A DNA stretch of 64,000 bases from an uncultured Planifilum sp. (GCA_937983105.1 CALKAM010000031.1:85553-149552), one strand, 5' to 3'; numbered from the stretch's first letter, positions 22,439-34,343 are shown. Notes: generated by a model from the letters alone, not told the origin. Numbers and translations: made by a program.

Positions 22439-24511
22439 TCAGGGTTTCACTTCCTCATACCCGCATTCCGTACAGCGGATCACGGTCTCTTTCTTTTTCC
22501 GCTTTTCCACCATCAGCTTGCCGCACTTGGGACAGGAGCGGGAAACGGGTTTGTCCCAGGATACGAAGTCACATTCCGGATATCGGCTGCAGCCGTAAAA
22601 GGTGCGGCGCTTTTTGCTCTTCCGCTCGACGATTTCCCCTTCGCCGCATTTGGGACAGCTGACACCCGTCGATTTCAGGATCGGTTTGGTGTTGCGGCAT
22701 TCCGGAAAGGAGGAGCAGGCCAAGAAACGCCCGTAGCGGCCCATTTTATAAACCATCGGGCTTCCGCATTTTTCACAGACCTCATCGGAAACCTCGTCCT
22801 TGATTTCCACTTCCTCCATCTCTTTTTCCGCAATCGCTAGGCGTCGGTGGAAGGGGCGGTAAAATTCATCGACGATCTGGACCCAGTCCACGATCCCCTC
22901 TTCGATCTGGTCCAACTCTTCCTCCATGTTGGCCGTAAATTCCACATCCAGAATTTCCGGAAAAAACTCCTCCATCAGTTTGGTGACGATCTCTCCCAGC
23001 TCCGTCGGTACAAAGCGGCGGTCTTCCAGCGCCACGTAACCCCGTTTTTGGATCGTTTCCAGCGTCGGAGCATAGGTCGACGGCCTTCCAATCCCCAATT
23101 CCTCCAGGGTTCGGACCAGCCGCGCTTCCGTATACCGGGGCGGCGGCTGGGTGAAATGCTGCTTCGGCTGAACCGCTTTGCGCTTCAGGGTCTCCCCCTT
23201 CTCCAGCTCCGGCAGCCGTCCGTCCTCCTCGGTTTTATTGTCATCGGTGCCTTCCACATACACCTTCATAAACCCGGGAAATCGGACCGTCGAACCGGTT
23301 GCCCGGAACAGCGCATCGCCGACGCGAATGTCCGCGGAGACGGCATCCATGACGGCGGGGGCCATCTGGCTGGCCACATAGCGTTCCCAGATCAGTTTGT
23401 ACAACCGGTATTGATCCCGACTCAGAAAGGCCTTCACCTTTTCGGGGGTACGCGTCACCGACGTCGGCCGGATCGCCTCATGGGCATCCTGGGCACCCGC
23501 CTTCGTCCGGTGCCGGCGCGGAGACTCCGGCAGATAAGCGTCTCCGAAGGTCTTCTGGATCCAGTCCATCGCCTCCCGCTGGGCCGTCTCGGATATCCGG
23601 GTCGAGTCGGTCCGCATATAGGTGATCAACCCGACGGAACCCTCGGAACCGAGATCGACCCCTTCGTACAATTGCTGTGCGATGGCCATGGTTCGAGAAG
23701 CGCGAAACCTGAGCTTCCTCGCCGCTTCCTGCTGCAGGGTGCTGGTGATGAAAGGCGGAGCGGGATTGCGGCGCCGCTGGTTCTTTTTCACTTCTTCAAC
23801 GACAAAGCGCTTTCCTTTGATTTTCTGGAGAAGTTCCTGGACGTCCTCCTCGTTCTTCAGTTCCGCTTTTTCCTTTCCATAACCGTAAAACTTCGCCTGA
23901 AAGGACTCATCGTCCTTCAGCAGCACCGCCGTGACCGTCCAGTATTCCTCCGGCTTAAATTCCCGGATCTCCTTTTCCCGGTCGATGATCAGCTTGGTAG
24001 CCACGGATTGGACCCGTCCGGCGCTTAATCCCTTTTTCACCTTTTTCCACAGAATCGGACTGATTCCGTATCCGACCAGCCGATCCAATATGCGCCGAGC
24101 CTGTTGGGCGTTGACCAGATCCATATCGATCGGCCGGGGATTTTTAAAGGCTTCTTGGATGGCCTGTTTGGTGATCTCGTTAAAAACGACCCGGCATTTT
24201 TCATTCGGGCTCAGATCCAGGCTGTGCGCCAAATGCCAAGCGATCGCTTCGCCCTCCCGGTCCGGGTCGGCGGCAAGGTAGACCCGCTTCACCTTTTTCT
24301 TCGCTTCCCGCAGCTCTTTCAGCACATTCCCCTTGCCCCGGATGGTGATGTATTTGGGCTCAAAGCGTCGTTCGAAATCGATGCCCATTTGGCTTTTGGG
24401 CAGGTCCCGCACATGCCCCATCGAAGCTTTGACGATATATTTTTTTCCCAGATATTTGCCGATGGTTTTCGCTTTGGCAGGCGATTCGACGATAACGAGC
24501 GAATCGGCCAT
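22439..24511 (-). CDS. topA: DNA topoisomerase I
   Basis: [35 protein letters not shown]-terminal Zn ribbons. Confidence 0.98.
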   Translation of the reverse strand: MADSLVIVESPAKAKTIGKYLGKKYIVKASMGHVRDLPKSQMGIDFERRFEPKYITIRGKGNVLKELREAKKKVKRVYLAADPDREGEAIAWHLAHSLDLSPNEKCRVVFNEITKQAIQEAFKNPRPIDMDLVNAQQARRILDRLVGYGISPILWKKVKKGLSAGRVQSVATKLIIDREKEIREFKPEEYWTVTAVLLKDDESFQAKFYGYGKEKAELKNEEDVQELLQKIKGKRFVVEEVKKNQRRRNPAPPFITSTLQQEAARKLRFRASRTMAIAQQLYEGVDLGSEGSVGLITYMRTDSTRISETAQREAMDWIQKTFGDAYLPESPRRHRTKAGAQDAHEAIRPTSVTRTPEKVKAFLSRDQYRLYKLIWERYVASQMAPAVMDAVSADIRVGDALFRATGSTVRFPGFMKVYVEGTDDNKTEEDGRLPELEKGETLKRKAVQPKQHFTQPPPRYTEARLVRTLEELGIGRPSTYAPTLETIQKRGYVALEDRRFVPTELGEIVTKLMEEFFPEILDVEFTANMEEELDQIEEGIVDWVQIVDEFYRPFHRRLAIAEKEMEEVEIKDEVSDEVCEKCGSPMVYKMGRYGRFLACSSFPECRNTKPILKSTGVSCPKCGEGEIVERKSKKRRTFYGCSRYPECDFVSWDKPVSRSCPKCGKLMVEKRKKKETVIRCTECGYEEVKP

Positions 24512-24762
24512 CCCGTGTCCTCCCCTCTATTGGAAAACCGCTTTCGTGTTGGGCGGTTGTCAAATCCTGAAAATCTACCACAAGGTCGCATCTGTAACAA
24601 TAACAAATATCCGGTCCCCACGGCAACCGGGGAGAGCATCCGGCGGGACACCCTGGGGGAAAGATTCGTCGTGGAAAGACGGGTTCATCCAAATGGTATC
24701 CAGCCCTATGTCATGTCATTCCCCCTATCACCCATCCCTTCAAACCACGGTTGCCGAAACCC

Positions 24763-25854
24763 TCAACTCAATTTGACGTATCGAGACCCCGGCAATTGGC
24801 GAATCCGCTTCTTGAGCAGGAGCGAAACGAGATGGCGATGGATCTGCCCGGCCGGGAGGGAGATTCTCTCCACCAATTCGTCCATGTGCACCGGTTCATC
24901 TTCCAGCAGGGAAAGGAGCCGCCGCTCCTCCGGAGAAAGATCGGAAGGCTCCGCCGGTTTTGCCGGAGACGCCGGGGTTCGGACCAGCGAAGGGAATTCC
25001 TCCAGGATATCCTCCACCCCGGTGACGCATTTGGCACCCTGCTGGATCAACCGATTGGTGCCGACACTCTTTTCGGAGGTGATGGGACCGGGGATGGCAA
25101 ACACCTCCCGCCCCTGCTCCATGCTGAAGTCGGCGGTGATGAGGGCACCGCTCCGCTCCGCCGCCTCCACCACCAGCGTTCCCACCGAAAGACCGGCAAT
25201 GATCCGGTTTCGCTGAGGAAAGAGGCCGGGGCGAGGCGCGGTCCCCGGAGGCATTTCCGAACAGACTGCTCCCTTGTGAACCAACTCCGCGTAAAGGGCG
25301 CGCAGGTGCTTCGGATAGACGACGTCCACCCCCGATCCCAACACGGCAACGGTTCTCCCTTCCGCCTCCAAAGCCCCCCGATGGGCTTCGGTATCGATCC
25401 CGGCCGCCATCCCGCTGACCACCACCCATCCGCGGGAGGCGATCTCGGCTCCGATGCGCCTGGCGACCCTTTTTCCGTAATGGGTGGGTTTGCGCGTGCC
25501 CACCACGGCAAAACAAACCTCGGATAAAAGGGAAGGATCCCCTTTGATATAAAGCACCCAGGGAGGCTGGGCGATCTCTTTCAAATATTCCGGGTATTCC
25601 GGATCAAAAACGGTGACGGCGGTAATCCGGCGACGCTTCAGCTCCTCCTTCACCTTCCGCACGAAGGAAGGACCCCATTTGGCGCGGATGCGCTCCGCCG
25701 TGCCTTTTGGAATGCGCTCCCCCTCGAGACGCTCCAGGATATCCGACGCCGACCCCTCCGCAGGGGACCAACCCGCTTCCAACAATGTATGCAAGGTACG
25801 CCATCCGATACCCCGAAATTGATGCAGGGCGATCAATCCGTCCCGCTCTTCCAT
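24763..25854 (-). CDS. dprA: DNA-processing protein DprA
   Basis: AVVGTR, VSGMAAGIDTEAH, FPQRNRIIAGLS, GREVFAIPG. Confidence 0.96.
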   Translation of the reverse strand: MEERDGLIALHQFRGIGWRTLHTLLEAGWSPAEGSASDILERLEGERIPKGTAERIRAKWGPSFVRKVKEELKRRRITAVTVFDPEYPEYLKEIAQPPWVLYIKGDPSLLSEVCFAVVGTRKPTHYGKRVARRIGAEIASRGWVVVSGMAAGIDTEAHRGALEAEGRTVAVLGSGVDVVYPKHLRALYAELVHKGAVCSEMPPGTAPRPGLFPQRNRIIAGLSVGTLVVEAAERSGALITADFSMEQGREVFAIPGPITSEKSVGTNRLIQQGAKCVTGVEDILEEFPSLVRTPASPAKPAEPSDLSPEERRLLSLLEDEPVHMDELVERISLPAGQIHRHLVSLLLKKRIRQLPGSRYVKLS

Positions 25855-25908
25855 CGCACTCCCTCCAAAAAACGGGGGACCGCAGGGCGGTCCCCAGAAA
25901 GCCGATGC

Positions 25909-26814
25909 CTATTTCTTGGTGATGCACTGTTCCAGCAAACCTTTCTCCTTCAGGACCTGAACCAACGTCTCGCCGATATCCGCCGGGGTGGGTGCCACCT
26001 TCACGCCGCATTCCTCAAGCTTGGCGATTTTTTCGGCGGCTGTTCCCTTACCTCCGGAGATGATGGCCCCCGCATGGCCCATCCGCTTGCCCGGAGGAGC
26101 CGTCTTGCCACCGATGAAGGCCACCACCGGCTTATCCATGTTCTGCCGGATCCATTCGGCGGCTTCCTCCTCGGCCGTTCCCCCGATCTCCCCGATCAGA
26201 ATAACCGCCAAGGTGTCCGGATCCGCCTGAAACTCCTTGAGCACATCGATAAAGTTCGTTCCGTTGACCGGGTCACCGCCGATCCCGACCGCCGTGGATT
26301 GCCCGATGCCGCGGGTAGTCAACTGGTGAACCGCTTCATAGGTGAGGGTTCCGCTGCGGGAAACGATCCCCACCTTCCCGGGCATGTGAATATATCCGGG
26401 CATAATACCGATCTTACATTCGCCGGGCGTGATCACCCCGGGACAGTTGGGCCCGATCAGGCGGGTTTTCTTCCCCTCCATATACCGCTTCACTTTGACC
26501 ATATCGAGAACCGGAATCCCTTCCGTGATACAGACCACCAAATCCAGCTCGGCATCCACCGCTTCCATGATCGCATCGGCGGCAAAGGCCGGAGGCACAT
26601 AGATGACCGACGCGTTGGCCCCGGTCTCCTTGACCGCCTCCTCCACGGTGTCAAAAACCGGAACGCCCTCGACGCTCGTTCCGCCCTTTCCCGGCGTCAC
26701 CCCTGCGACCACCTTCGTCCCGTACTCCAACGCCTGCTTGGTGTGAAACATTCCGTTGGAACCGGTGATTCCCTGCGTAATCACTTTGGTGTCCTTATTT
26801 ACAAAGATGCTCAA
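25909..26814 (-). CDS. sucD: Succinyl-CoA ligase alpha subunit
   Basis: QGITG, IGPNCPG, MGHAGAI. Confidence 0.98.
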   Translation of the reverse strand: MSIFVNKDTKVITQGITGSNGMFHTKQALEYGTKVVAGVTPGKGGTSVEGVPVFDTVEEAVKETGANASVIYVPPAFAADAIMEAVDAELDLVVCITEGIPVLDMVKVKRYMEGKKTRLIGPNCPGVITPGECKIGIMPGYIHMPGKVGIVSRSGTLTYEAVHQLTTRGIGQSTAVGIGGDPVNGTNFIDVLKEFQADPDTLAVILIGEIGGTAEEEAAEWIRQNMDKPVVAFIGGKTAPPGKRMGHAGAIISGGKGTAAEKIAKLEECGVKVAPTPADIGETLVQVLKEKGLLEQCITKK

Positions 26815-26846
26815 TGCCCAACCCGCCTTTCTTCAACGTGCTGAAT

Positions 26847-28007
<1,161 letters not shown>

Positions 28008-28119
28008 GCTTCTCCTGCCTCCTATCCTCGATTTCCTCCACAAAAAAAGAAGCCGGTCGATCCCTCACCGGCCTCCGGCAGCCCTTTCAGGACATGCCGT
28101 GGTTGCGGAAAGCGCTGCA

Positions 28120-28133
28120 TGGGAGCGTTTACG
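28120..28133. promoter_or_regulatory. cre-like (CcpA) site upstream of sucC
   Basis: TGGGAGCGTTTACG versus consensus TGWAARCGYTWNCA; a second partial match (GGAAAGCGCTGCAT) is adjacent at 28107-28120. Confidence 0.35.
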
Positions 28134-28218
28134 GCGCCCCCAAAACGCGCCCCTTTCCGGACAGGGATCGCACAACAGGTGACATTCCGACCAATCTCGG
28201 CCTTCGGGAAGTCCCCGC

Positions 28219-28353
28219 TCACCAGACGAGGCTGATCACCGTCGCCACCACGGCAATCCCCATGAAGAAAATAAAGGAACCGGCCGTGGAGACAACCATG
28301 TCCAGAAAATCGTTATCGTGGTTTTCTCTTTCGTTTTTCCATTTTAAGCTCAT
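28219..28353 (-). CDS. 44-aa single-TM protein, YqzM-like
   Basis: MSLKWKNERENHDNDFLDMVVSTAGSFIFFMGIAVVATVISLVW with a strong GGGAGGTG RBS. The ND..D...G.F.FF....ATVI pattern resembles YqzM from memory. Not in the ORF track. Confidence 0.65.
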   Translation of the reverse strand: MSLKWKNERENHDNDFLDMVVSTAGSFIFFMGIAVVATVISLVW

Positions 28354-28544
28354 CTGTCACCCTCCCGGTTTCGTTCGGTTTTACGGATCCTACTTCGGGC
28401 CCGTCCCGGCAACTAACCGTCGATCAACTTCCGGTTGGATCGATCAAATCGGCATCCGGGATTAGTATAACACGGTTTTCCCCTCGAAAAAACACCGTTC
28501 GTTGGCAAACTCCCGAAATCTCCTTTCCGATTGCCCGTTCCGCT

Positions 28545-28751
28545 TTACAAATCCAACTCCCGGGCCGCTAAAATATTGGAACGCTTAAAGCGGCGTACCC
28601 CTTTCCGCTCGTAACAATACGCCTCCACCAGATCTTCGCCCAACGACCGGATGCGAATCCGCCTTTGGGTGATTTCCCCCTTCTCATCCATATAAATGAT
28701 CTCCACCGGTCGCCCGACCTTGGCGGCCCTTTTTAAGACCGTATCCCGCAT
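28545..28751 (-). CDS. Small stand-alone WYL-domain-like protein
   Basis: PVEIIYMDEKGEITQRRIRIRSL..DLVEAYCYERKGVRRFKRSNI fits the WYL pattern (I.Y....G..T.R.I....L.AYC..R...R.F....I). ATG at 28751. Confidence 0.7.
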   Translation of the reverse strand: MRDTVLKRAAKVGRPVEIIYMDEKGEITQRRIRIRSLGEDLVEAYCYERKGVRRFKRSNILAARELDL

Positions 28752-28886
28752 GTGGGATTCACCTCGAAAATTATGATACAACCCTTTCCGGGGATTCAAC
28801 CATCCGACTTTCTTTCCATGAAGCGGATAAAAAGGGGGTCCTTTTGTCAATAAATAGTCACAAAACGCTCAAAAAGGGGGATCGCC

Positions 28887-29339
28887 GTGACCACTGCGCG
28901 TCAATGGCTAGAACTCACCATTGCTTTCTTGTTGGTGTTGATCGGAACCACCCTCCTGCTCCCCATTCCCTGGCTCGACGACCGGACTGTGATTCAGGAG
29001 CTGACCGAGACGCCGGAAAAAACCTTCCATCTCGTCACCGTCGAATATGAAGGTGAAGCGGAGGGAAAGGAGATCGAGGCGTACCGCTGGGATCCCGGCT
29101 TTATCACGGTCAACCAGGGGGACAAGGTCAACCTGGTTCTGCATGGAGTCAACGGAAGGGAACACCGCTTTTCCCTCAAGGAGTTCGGCATCAGCGGCGT
29201 TGTCCGAAAAGGGAAAACAGCCCGGGTCTCCTTCGTGGCCGACAAGCCGGGGACATACCAGCTGATCTGCCACGACCATGCGACCGCCGACACCAACGGT
29301 CCGATGATTGCCTACATCATGGTGCTGGGCGGAAACTGA
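28887..29339 (+). CDS. Membrane-anchored cupredoxin-domain protein
   Basis: N-terminal TM; ITVNQGDKV, H..F, ADKPGTYQLICHDH...M type-1 copper ligand set. Confidence 0.75.
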   Translation: MTTARQWLELTIAFLLVLIGTTLLLPIPWLDDRTVIQELTETPEKTFHLVTVEYEGEAEGKEIEAYRWDPGFITVNQGDKVNLVLHGVNGREHRFSLKEFGISGVVRKGKTARVSFVADKPGTYQLICHDHATADTNGPMIAYIMVLGGN

Positions 29340-29437
29340 CCCGGGTTTCACCGTCATCCTCTCGAGCCATCGCCGTTTGCCCCGTCGCCATCCGGTTTTG
29401 GACCGGATGTCAGCGAGGGGGCAATTTTTTTCCCTTT

Positions 29438-29470
29438 CTTTATGCTTCCTTTATTTTTGAATGCTACATT
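29438..29470 (+). promoter_or_regulatory. Direct repeat plus extended -10 upstream of the lanF-like gene (putative OmpR-family box)
   Basis: CTTTAT-gcttc-CTTTAT (11-bp period, 29438-29454) followed by TGcTACATT (29462-29470). Confidence 0.4.
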
Positions 29471-29511
29471 CACCTCAAAACCACTATTCCCCGGAAGAGA
29501 GGTTGACGAAC

Positions 29512-30213
29512 ATGATCGATTACGCCCTCGAAACCCGGAACCTGACCAAGCACATGGGAGGCCGCCGGATTGTGAGAAGCGTTTCCCTTCAAATTCCGAA
29601 AGGCTCCGTATACGGCTTGCTGGGACCCAACGGGGCGGGAAAATCGACAACGTTAAAGTTGCTGACGGGACTGATGTGTCCGTCGGAAGGAGAAGTGCGC
29701 ATCTTTGGAAAACCATGGAGCAGGGACTGTCTGGGTCGGATCGGTGCCCTGATCGAAACCCCCGCCCTGTACGGCAATCTGACCGCCTATGAAAATCTTC
29801 TCGTTCACAGCCGGCTGAGGGGCCTGCCCCAGGGAGAAATCGACAAAGTCCTCGTCATCACCGGGCTGGAGGCGACGGGCAAACAATTGGTTTCCCAATT
29901 TTCCCTCGGGATGAAGCAGCGGCTCGGCCTCGCCATCGCTCTCCTCGGAGACCCGGAAATTTTGATCCTGGACGAACCGACCAACGGACTGGATCCGATC
30001 GGGATCGAGGAATTCAGAGAACTGATCCGATCCCTCCATTCCAGCGGAAAAACCATCCTCCTATCCAGCCACATCCTGTCGGAGGTGGCCCAACTGGTCG
30101 ACCACATCGGCATCATCAGCGACGGGGAGTTGAAATTGCAGGCGCCCATCGGGCAAAAAGACGATCTGGAGGCGCTGTTCCTCCAAACCGTAAGGGGGAA
30201 AACCCATGCTTGA
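29512..30213 (+). CDS. Lantibiotic protection ABC transporter ATPase (LanF/SpaF-like)
   Basis: GPNGAGKST, FSLGMKQRLG signature, LILDEPTNGLDP (E-loop type), SSHILSE; ATG at 29512. Confidence 0.88.
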   Translation: MIDYALETRNLTKHMGGRRIVRSVSLQIPKGSVYGLLGPNGAGKSTTLKLLTGLMCPSEGEVRIFGKPWSRDCLGRIGALIETPALYGNLTAYENLLVHSRLRGLPQGEIDKVLVITGLEATGKQLVSQFSLGMKQRLGLAIALLGDPEILILDEPTNGLDPIGIEEFRELIRSLHSSGKTILLSSHILSEVAQLVDHIGIISDGELKLQAPIGQKDDLEALFLQTVRGKTHA

Positions 30214-30961
30214 CATTCTGGCCTCGGAGCATTTGAAATACAAAAGAAGCTTTGCCAAGCGGCTGACGCTGATCACGCCCTTGCTGTTCATCCTGATCTC
30301 CCTGCGCGTCACCCTGTTTCTTTCCGATGGGATGGAGGCCTGGGATCTGCTAATCGCCCAGATCTACAACTGGTGGCCGGTCCTCTTCGTCCCCCTGGGA
30401 ACGGCTCTGCTGGCGGCCCTGGTCCAGCAAAAGGAGCGAAGGGCGGGCAACTTCCAAAACCTGCGGATTCACCCCGTATCCTCGACCGTTCTGTGGACGG
30501 GCAAAATCGCCATCCTGGCCTACCACACCCTCCTGTCCACCAGCCTTTTGGCAGGTGCCCTCTTCCTCTCGGGCCTTTTTACCGCCGGCGGGGAGATCCC
30601 CTGGTCCCGAATCGCGACGGGGGCGCTGTTGATCTGGCTGACTTCTCTCCCCCTCATCCCGATTCAACTGTGGGCGGCGGCCTGGAAGGGCACCCTCTTC
30701 AGCATGACCCTCGGTCTGACCGGTCTGATCGCCGGTGTGCTGGCGGCACCCACTCCCCATTGGGTGTACGTACCCTGGAGCTGGCCGACCCGACTCATGG
30801 CCCCGGTGGCGGGGGTGCATCCCAACGGCGTGCCCCTGGATTCCCAGGATCCCCTTCTGGATCCCTCCGTCATCCCGGTGGGCACATTTCTGGGCGCGAC
30901 CGCTTTGATCCTGTTTACTTGGATCACCGCCCGATGGTTTAAAGGAAAGGAGACCCGTTAG
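30206..30961 (+). CDS. Lantibiotic immunity ABC permease, LanE/MutE-like
   Basis: SEHLKYKRS start, YNWW motif, PWSWP.RLM.P..G.HPNG; six TMs. Confidence 0.82.
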   Translation: MLDILASEHLKYKRSFAKRLTLITPLLFILISLRVTLFLSDGMEAWDLLIAQIYNWWPVLFVPLGTALLAALVQQKERRAGNFQNLRIHPVSSTVLWTGKIAILAYHTLLSTSLLAGALFLSGLFTAGGEIPWSRIATGALLIWLTSLPLIPIQLWAAAWKGTLFSMTLGLTGLIAGVLAAPTPHWVYVPWSWPTRLMAPVAGVHPNGVPLDSQDPLLDPSVIPVGTFLGATALILFTWITARWFKGKETR

Positions 30962-30965
30962 AACG

Positions 30966-31754
30966 ATGATGGCCCTCCTCAAATCCGAATGGCTGAAGAC
31001 GAAGCGGACGCCGCTCCGGCCCCTGGTCGCGGTTCTTCCCCTTCTCTATGCGACGCTGATCCTCTGGTACTTCTCCCGGTGGGATATCACGCCCGAAAGG
31101 CAGCTCTCCCTGTTTATGGCCTTTTTTAAAGGGTGGACCATCCTGGTGATCCCCGTCGGCATCGGCGTCGCGGCCGGGTACATGGGCCATCAGGAGGAGT
31201 CGGCGGGCGTTTTCCGGGGACTCCTGGGAAACCATCGGCCCCGAAGCCATTTATACTTCGGGAAGCTGATCATCCTCCTCCTTTTGTTCACGGCGGCCAC
31301 GCTGGCGGCCACATCCTCCCTGATCCTGGGATTTCAGCTGATGATGGACGTTCTGATCGCCTGGCCCGTTTTTCTGATGGCCACCCTGATGGCTTGGGTC
31401 GGTTCCCTGCCCCTGTTGACCCTCCATTATTGGGTAGGCTATGCCTGGGGATTCGGCCCGTCGATCGGAATCGGCGGATTGGGTCTTTTAATCGCCGCCC
31501 TGATGGCGACCGGCATCGGGGACACCCTCTGGACCTATATTCCCTGGGCGTGGCCCGTCCGCCTGTCCCTGCTGGCAGGCGCCTATTTGACGTATCTCCC
31601 CGGCATGGATGTTCCGCCGGACGTTATCGCTTCGGGGACGATCCTGCGCGAAACCCTCAAGGGAGTGTGTGCAGCATCGCTCACCTTTTTCATCCTGTTG
31701 ATCGGGGGAGCCAAATGGTTTCGCCGCTGGGAAGGACGGAAAGGGGAGTTTTGA
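30966..31754 (+). CDS. Lantibiotic immunity ABC permease, LanG/MutG-like
   Basis: LKSEWLKTKRT, QEE.AG.FRGLL, GIGD.LW.YIPWAWPVR, WF.RWEGR. Confidence 0.82.
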   Translation: MMALLKSEWLKTKRTPLRPLVAVLPLLYATLILWYFSRWDITPERQLSLFMAFFKGWTILVIPVGIGVAAGYMGHQEESAGVFRGLLGNHRPRSHLYFGKLIILLLLFTAATLAATSSLILGFQLMMDVLIAWPVFLMATLMAWVGSLPLLTLHYWVGYAWGFGPSIGIGGLGLLIAALMATGIGDTLWTYIPWAWPVRLSLLAGAYLTYLPGMDVPPDVIASGTILRETLKGVCAASLTFFILLIGGAKWFRRWEGRKGEF

Positions 31755-31771
31755 AGACGGGAGGAATCGAT

Positions 31772-32452
31772 GTGTCGGCAACCCTTTTGATCGTCGACGA
31801 TGAACAAGACCTTCTGGATATGATTAAGGACGCCTTGGAAGACGAAGGATACCGGGTGCTCACCGCCACCGACGGAAACGAGGTCTTTCCGCTCCTCAAG
31901 CATCAACCGGACCTGATCATCCTGGACATCATGATGCCGGGGCTGGACGGGATCGAGGTCTGCCGGGCCATCCGGGAGACGGTGGCGTGTCCCATCCTCT
32001 TTTTGTCCGCCCGGCGGGAGGTGGAAGACCGAATCGAGGGCTTAACCGCAGGGGCCGACGACTACTTGACCAAACCCTTCAGCCTGCGGGAACTGAAGGC
32101 GCGGATCGCCGCCCACCTGCGCCGGGAACAGCGCGCCGCCGTGGGTCGGGAGGTGACGACCCTCCGATTCGGACATTTGGCCATCGATCTCCAACAGCGG
32201 AAGGTGTATGTCCGAAACCGGGAAGTATCGATGACGGGCAAGGAATTTGAGATCCTTCGCTTGTTGGCCCTGCATCCGGGTCAGGTGTTTTCCAGGGAAC
32301 AAATCTACGAAAAAGTCTGGGGTTTCGGGGAAGGCAGCAGCGCCACGGTGACTGAGCACATCAAAAAAATCCGGGCAAAGCTGGCCGCCGTCGATCCCGG
32401 ACTAAATCCCATCACCACCGTTTGGGGGATTGGATACCGTTGGGAAAAATGA
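31772..32452 (+). CDS. OmpR-family response regulator (LanR/SpaR-like)
   Basis: LIVDDE, DLIILDIMMP, GADDYLTKPF, wHTH ending ITTVWGIGYRW; GTG at 31772 after GGAGG. Confidence 0.92.
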   Translation: MSATLLIVDDEQDLLDMIKDALEDEGYRVLTATDGNEVFPLLKHQPDLIILDIMMPGLDGIEVCRAIRETVACPILFLSARREVEDRIEGLTAGADDYLTKPFSLRELKARIAAHLRREQRAAVGREVTTLRFGHLAIDLQQRKVYVRNREVSMTGKEFEILRLLALHPGQVFSREQIYEKVWGFGEGSSATVTEHIKKIRAKLAAVDPGLNPITTVWGIGYRWEK

Positions 32453-33873
32453 CCACCCCTCCGACCTTTCGCCATCAATTCATCCGCCTGGCCCTGTCCG
32501 TCATCCTGTGGAGCGCCCTGGCCTCCGCCCTGATCTGGCTCTTGCTCGCCCTGACAGCCCTGCCATTTTTTCGGCCCGCCAACTATTACGAAAAACAGGT
32601 GCCATCCATTGTCCAATTTGCGGAGGAGTCGGGTGCAAAGCTGCTCGATTCCGACAACCGCCCCCTGTTGGAAGGGAAAATCCCGGCCGAAGGCATCGCT
32701 TACCGGGTCCTGCCCCTGCGGGGAGGGAAAGGCTACGGAACCCTCCCCCCGCCGGAAAACCCGGAGCCGGAACAATGGATTCGAAAATTGAACACGGCGG
32801 AAACTCGGGACGGACAAATTTACCGGTATGTTCCCCTGATCGACAGACAGGGTCGCCTGGTGGGGATGCTGGTGCTCAGCTACCAAATCTCTTTCCTGAA
32901 GGCCAACGACTCTCCCCTGGCGGCGGCGGTTCTCGTTCTGGCGATGGCCACTCCCTTTATCACCCTCGGCTTCTTTACCTACTGGTTCGGCCGGCGCCTC
33001 GAAAAGCGGATCTCCCCGGCGATGGCCTCCTTGATGGAGGGGGCGACCCGGGTGGAGAGGGCGGACCTGGACTTCACCCTGGGCGAGGTGGGCGGAACCC
33101 GGGAGCTGGCCGCCCTGGGCAACGCCTTTGAAAAAATGCGCCAATCCCTCCGCACCTCCCTGGAGTCCCAGTGGCGGGCGGAACAGGGGCGGCGGGAGAT
33201 GCTGGCCGCCCTGGCCCATGATCTGTTCACGCCGCTTACGATCATCCTCGGCCATGCCGAAAACCTCCTGAATCGGGAATCGCGGCGCGATGAGCACCGG
33301 TATCGTCCCGCCCGGGCCATCCACGCCAATGCCGAGCGGGCCATCCGGATCCTGGAGGAAATGCAGGAGGCCAATCGATTGGAACGGGCCGATTTTTCCC
33401 TTTCCCCCGCCCCCCTGGACATCCGCGCCTACCTGGAAGAAAAAAGGGAAGAGTACCTTTCCCTATGCCAGCGGAAGGGCATCCGATTGCATTTCAGCCT
33501 GGAGGATCTCCGCAGCCGTCCCGGACCGATGCGGGTGGACGGACTGCGCCTGTCGCAAATCCTGGACAACGTGGTCGCCAACGCCCTTCGGTACACCCCG
33601 TCCCGGGGCGAAATTCGCTGGCGCGTGCTCCTGGATGAGGAGGGTTTGGACATGGAGATCACCGACACGGGTCCGGGCCTTTCCGAAAAGGATCTGCGCC
33701 ACCTCTTCCAACCCTTTTACCGGGGAGACCCGGCGCGGGAAACCGGCGCGGGACATACCGGACTGGGGATGTATATCGCCAAGGCCCTGGCGGAGAAACA
33801 CGGCGGATGGATCGCCGCGGGCAATGCCCCCGAGGGAGGAGCGCAAATCCGCTTCCGCATCGCCGAGCTGTAA
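32449..33873 (+). CDS. Sensor histidine kinase with HAMP (LanK/SpaK-like)
   Basis: Two TMs, HAMP, LAHDLFTPL H-box, NALRYT, DTGPG, HTGLGMYIAK; ATGA overlap with the regulator. Confidence 0.92.
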   Translation: MTTPPTFRHQFIRLALSVILWSALASALIWLLLALTALPFFRPANYYEKQVPSIVQFAEESGAKLLDSDNRPLLEGKIPAEGIAYRVLPLRGGKGYGTLPPPENPEPEQWIRKLNTAETRDGQIYRYVPLIDRQGRLVGMLVLSYQISFLKANDSPLAAAVLVLAMATPFITLGFFTYWFGRRLEKRISPAMASLMEGATRVERADLDFTLGEVGGTRELAALGNAFEKMRQSLRTSLESQWRAEQGRREMLAALAHDLFTPLTIILGHAENLLNRESRRDEHRYRPARAIHANAERAIRILEEMQEANRLERADFSLSPAPLDIRAYLEEKREEYLSLCQRKGIRLHFSLEDLRSRPGPMRVDGLRLSQILDNVVANALRYTPSRGEIRWRVLLDEEGLDMEITDTGPGLSEKDLRHLFQPFYRGDPARETGAGHTGLGMYIAKALAEKHGGWIAAGNAPEGGAQIRFRIAEL

Positions 33874-33927
33874 AGGTGGACCGCCAAAAAGCGGATGCCC
33901 GCAGGAGGGCATCCCCGCAAACCCCTT

Positions 33928-34146
33928 TCACTCGTACAAGTCGTACATGTTGACCGGTATATTCCGCCTCCAACCTCGCACTTCCCCTCCGCCCTGTTCC
34001 TGGAGGATGGCCAGACCGACGAGTGGAATCTGCGCCGGATGGTTGGCCAGCTCCCCCAGCCAACGCACGGGGTCTTCGGGCGGAAATCCCCTTGATCCGG
34101 GCACCATTTCAGGGTACCCGGTCCCCCATTCGCTCCCGCAATGCAT
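33928..34146 (-). CDS. Hypothetical 72-aa protein or gene remnant
   Basis: GAGGAG 5 nt before the ATG and host-like G/C-ending codons in this frame; no recognised motif. Confidence 0.35.
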   Translation of the reverse strand: MHCGSEWGTGYPEMVPGSRGFPPEDPVRWLGELANHPAQIPLVGLAILQEQGGGEVRGWRRNIPVNMYDLYE

Positions 34147-34343
34147 CCGCTCTCCTCAAGGTCCTTTTGCGGCACTTCCCGCAGGAAGCGCCTTCCCCCC
34201 TCCGATTTGAACGTGTGTTCGTTTACTCATTCGACCGTTTCCGAGCGATTCCTCCCCTTTTTGTCCAGGTGGAGCTTGCCGGGGATTGGTGTTATAGTTA
34301 GGGTCGCACCCCCATTATCACCCACGGCGGGAGGGATCAAACC

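Noticed and set aside
33880-34200. Possible 6S or other ncRNA in the gap after the lan kinase
   Set aside because: No convincing long rod or central bubble could be folded by eye; codon bias favours a small CDS instead.
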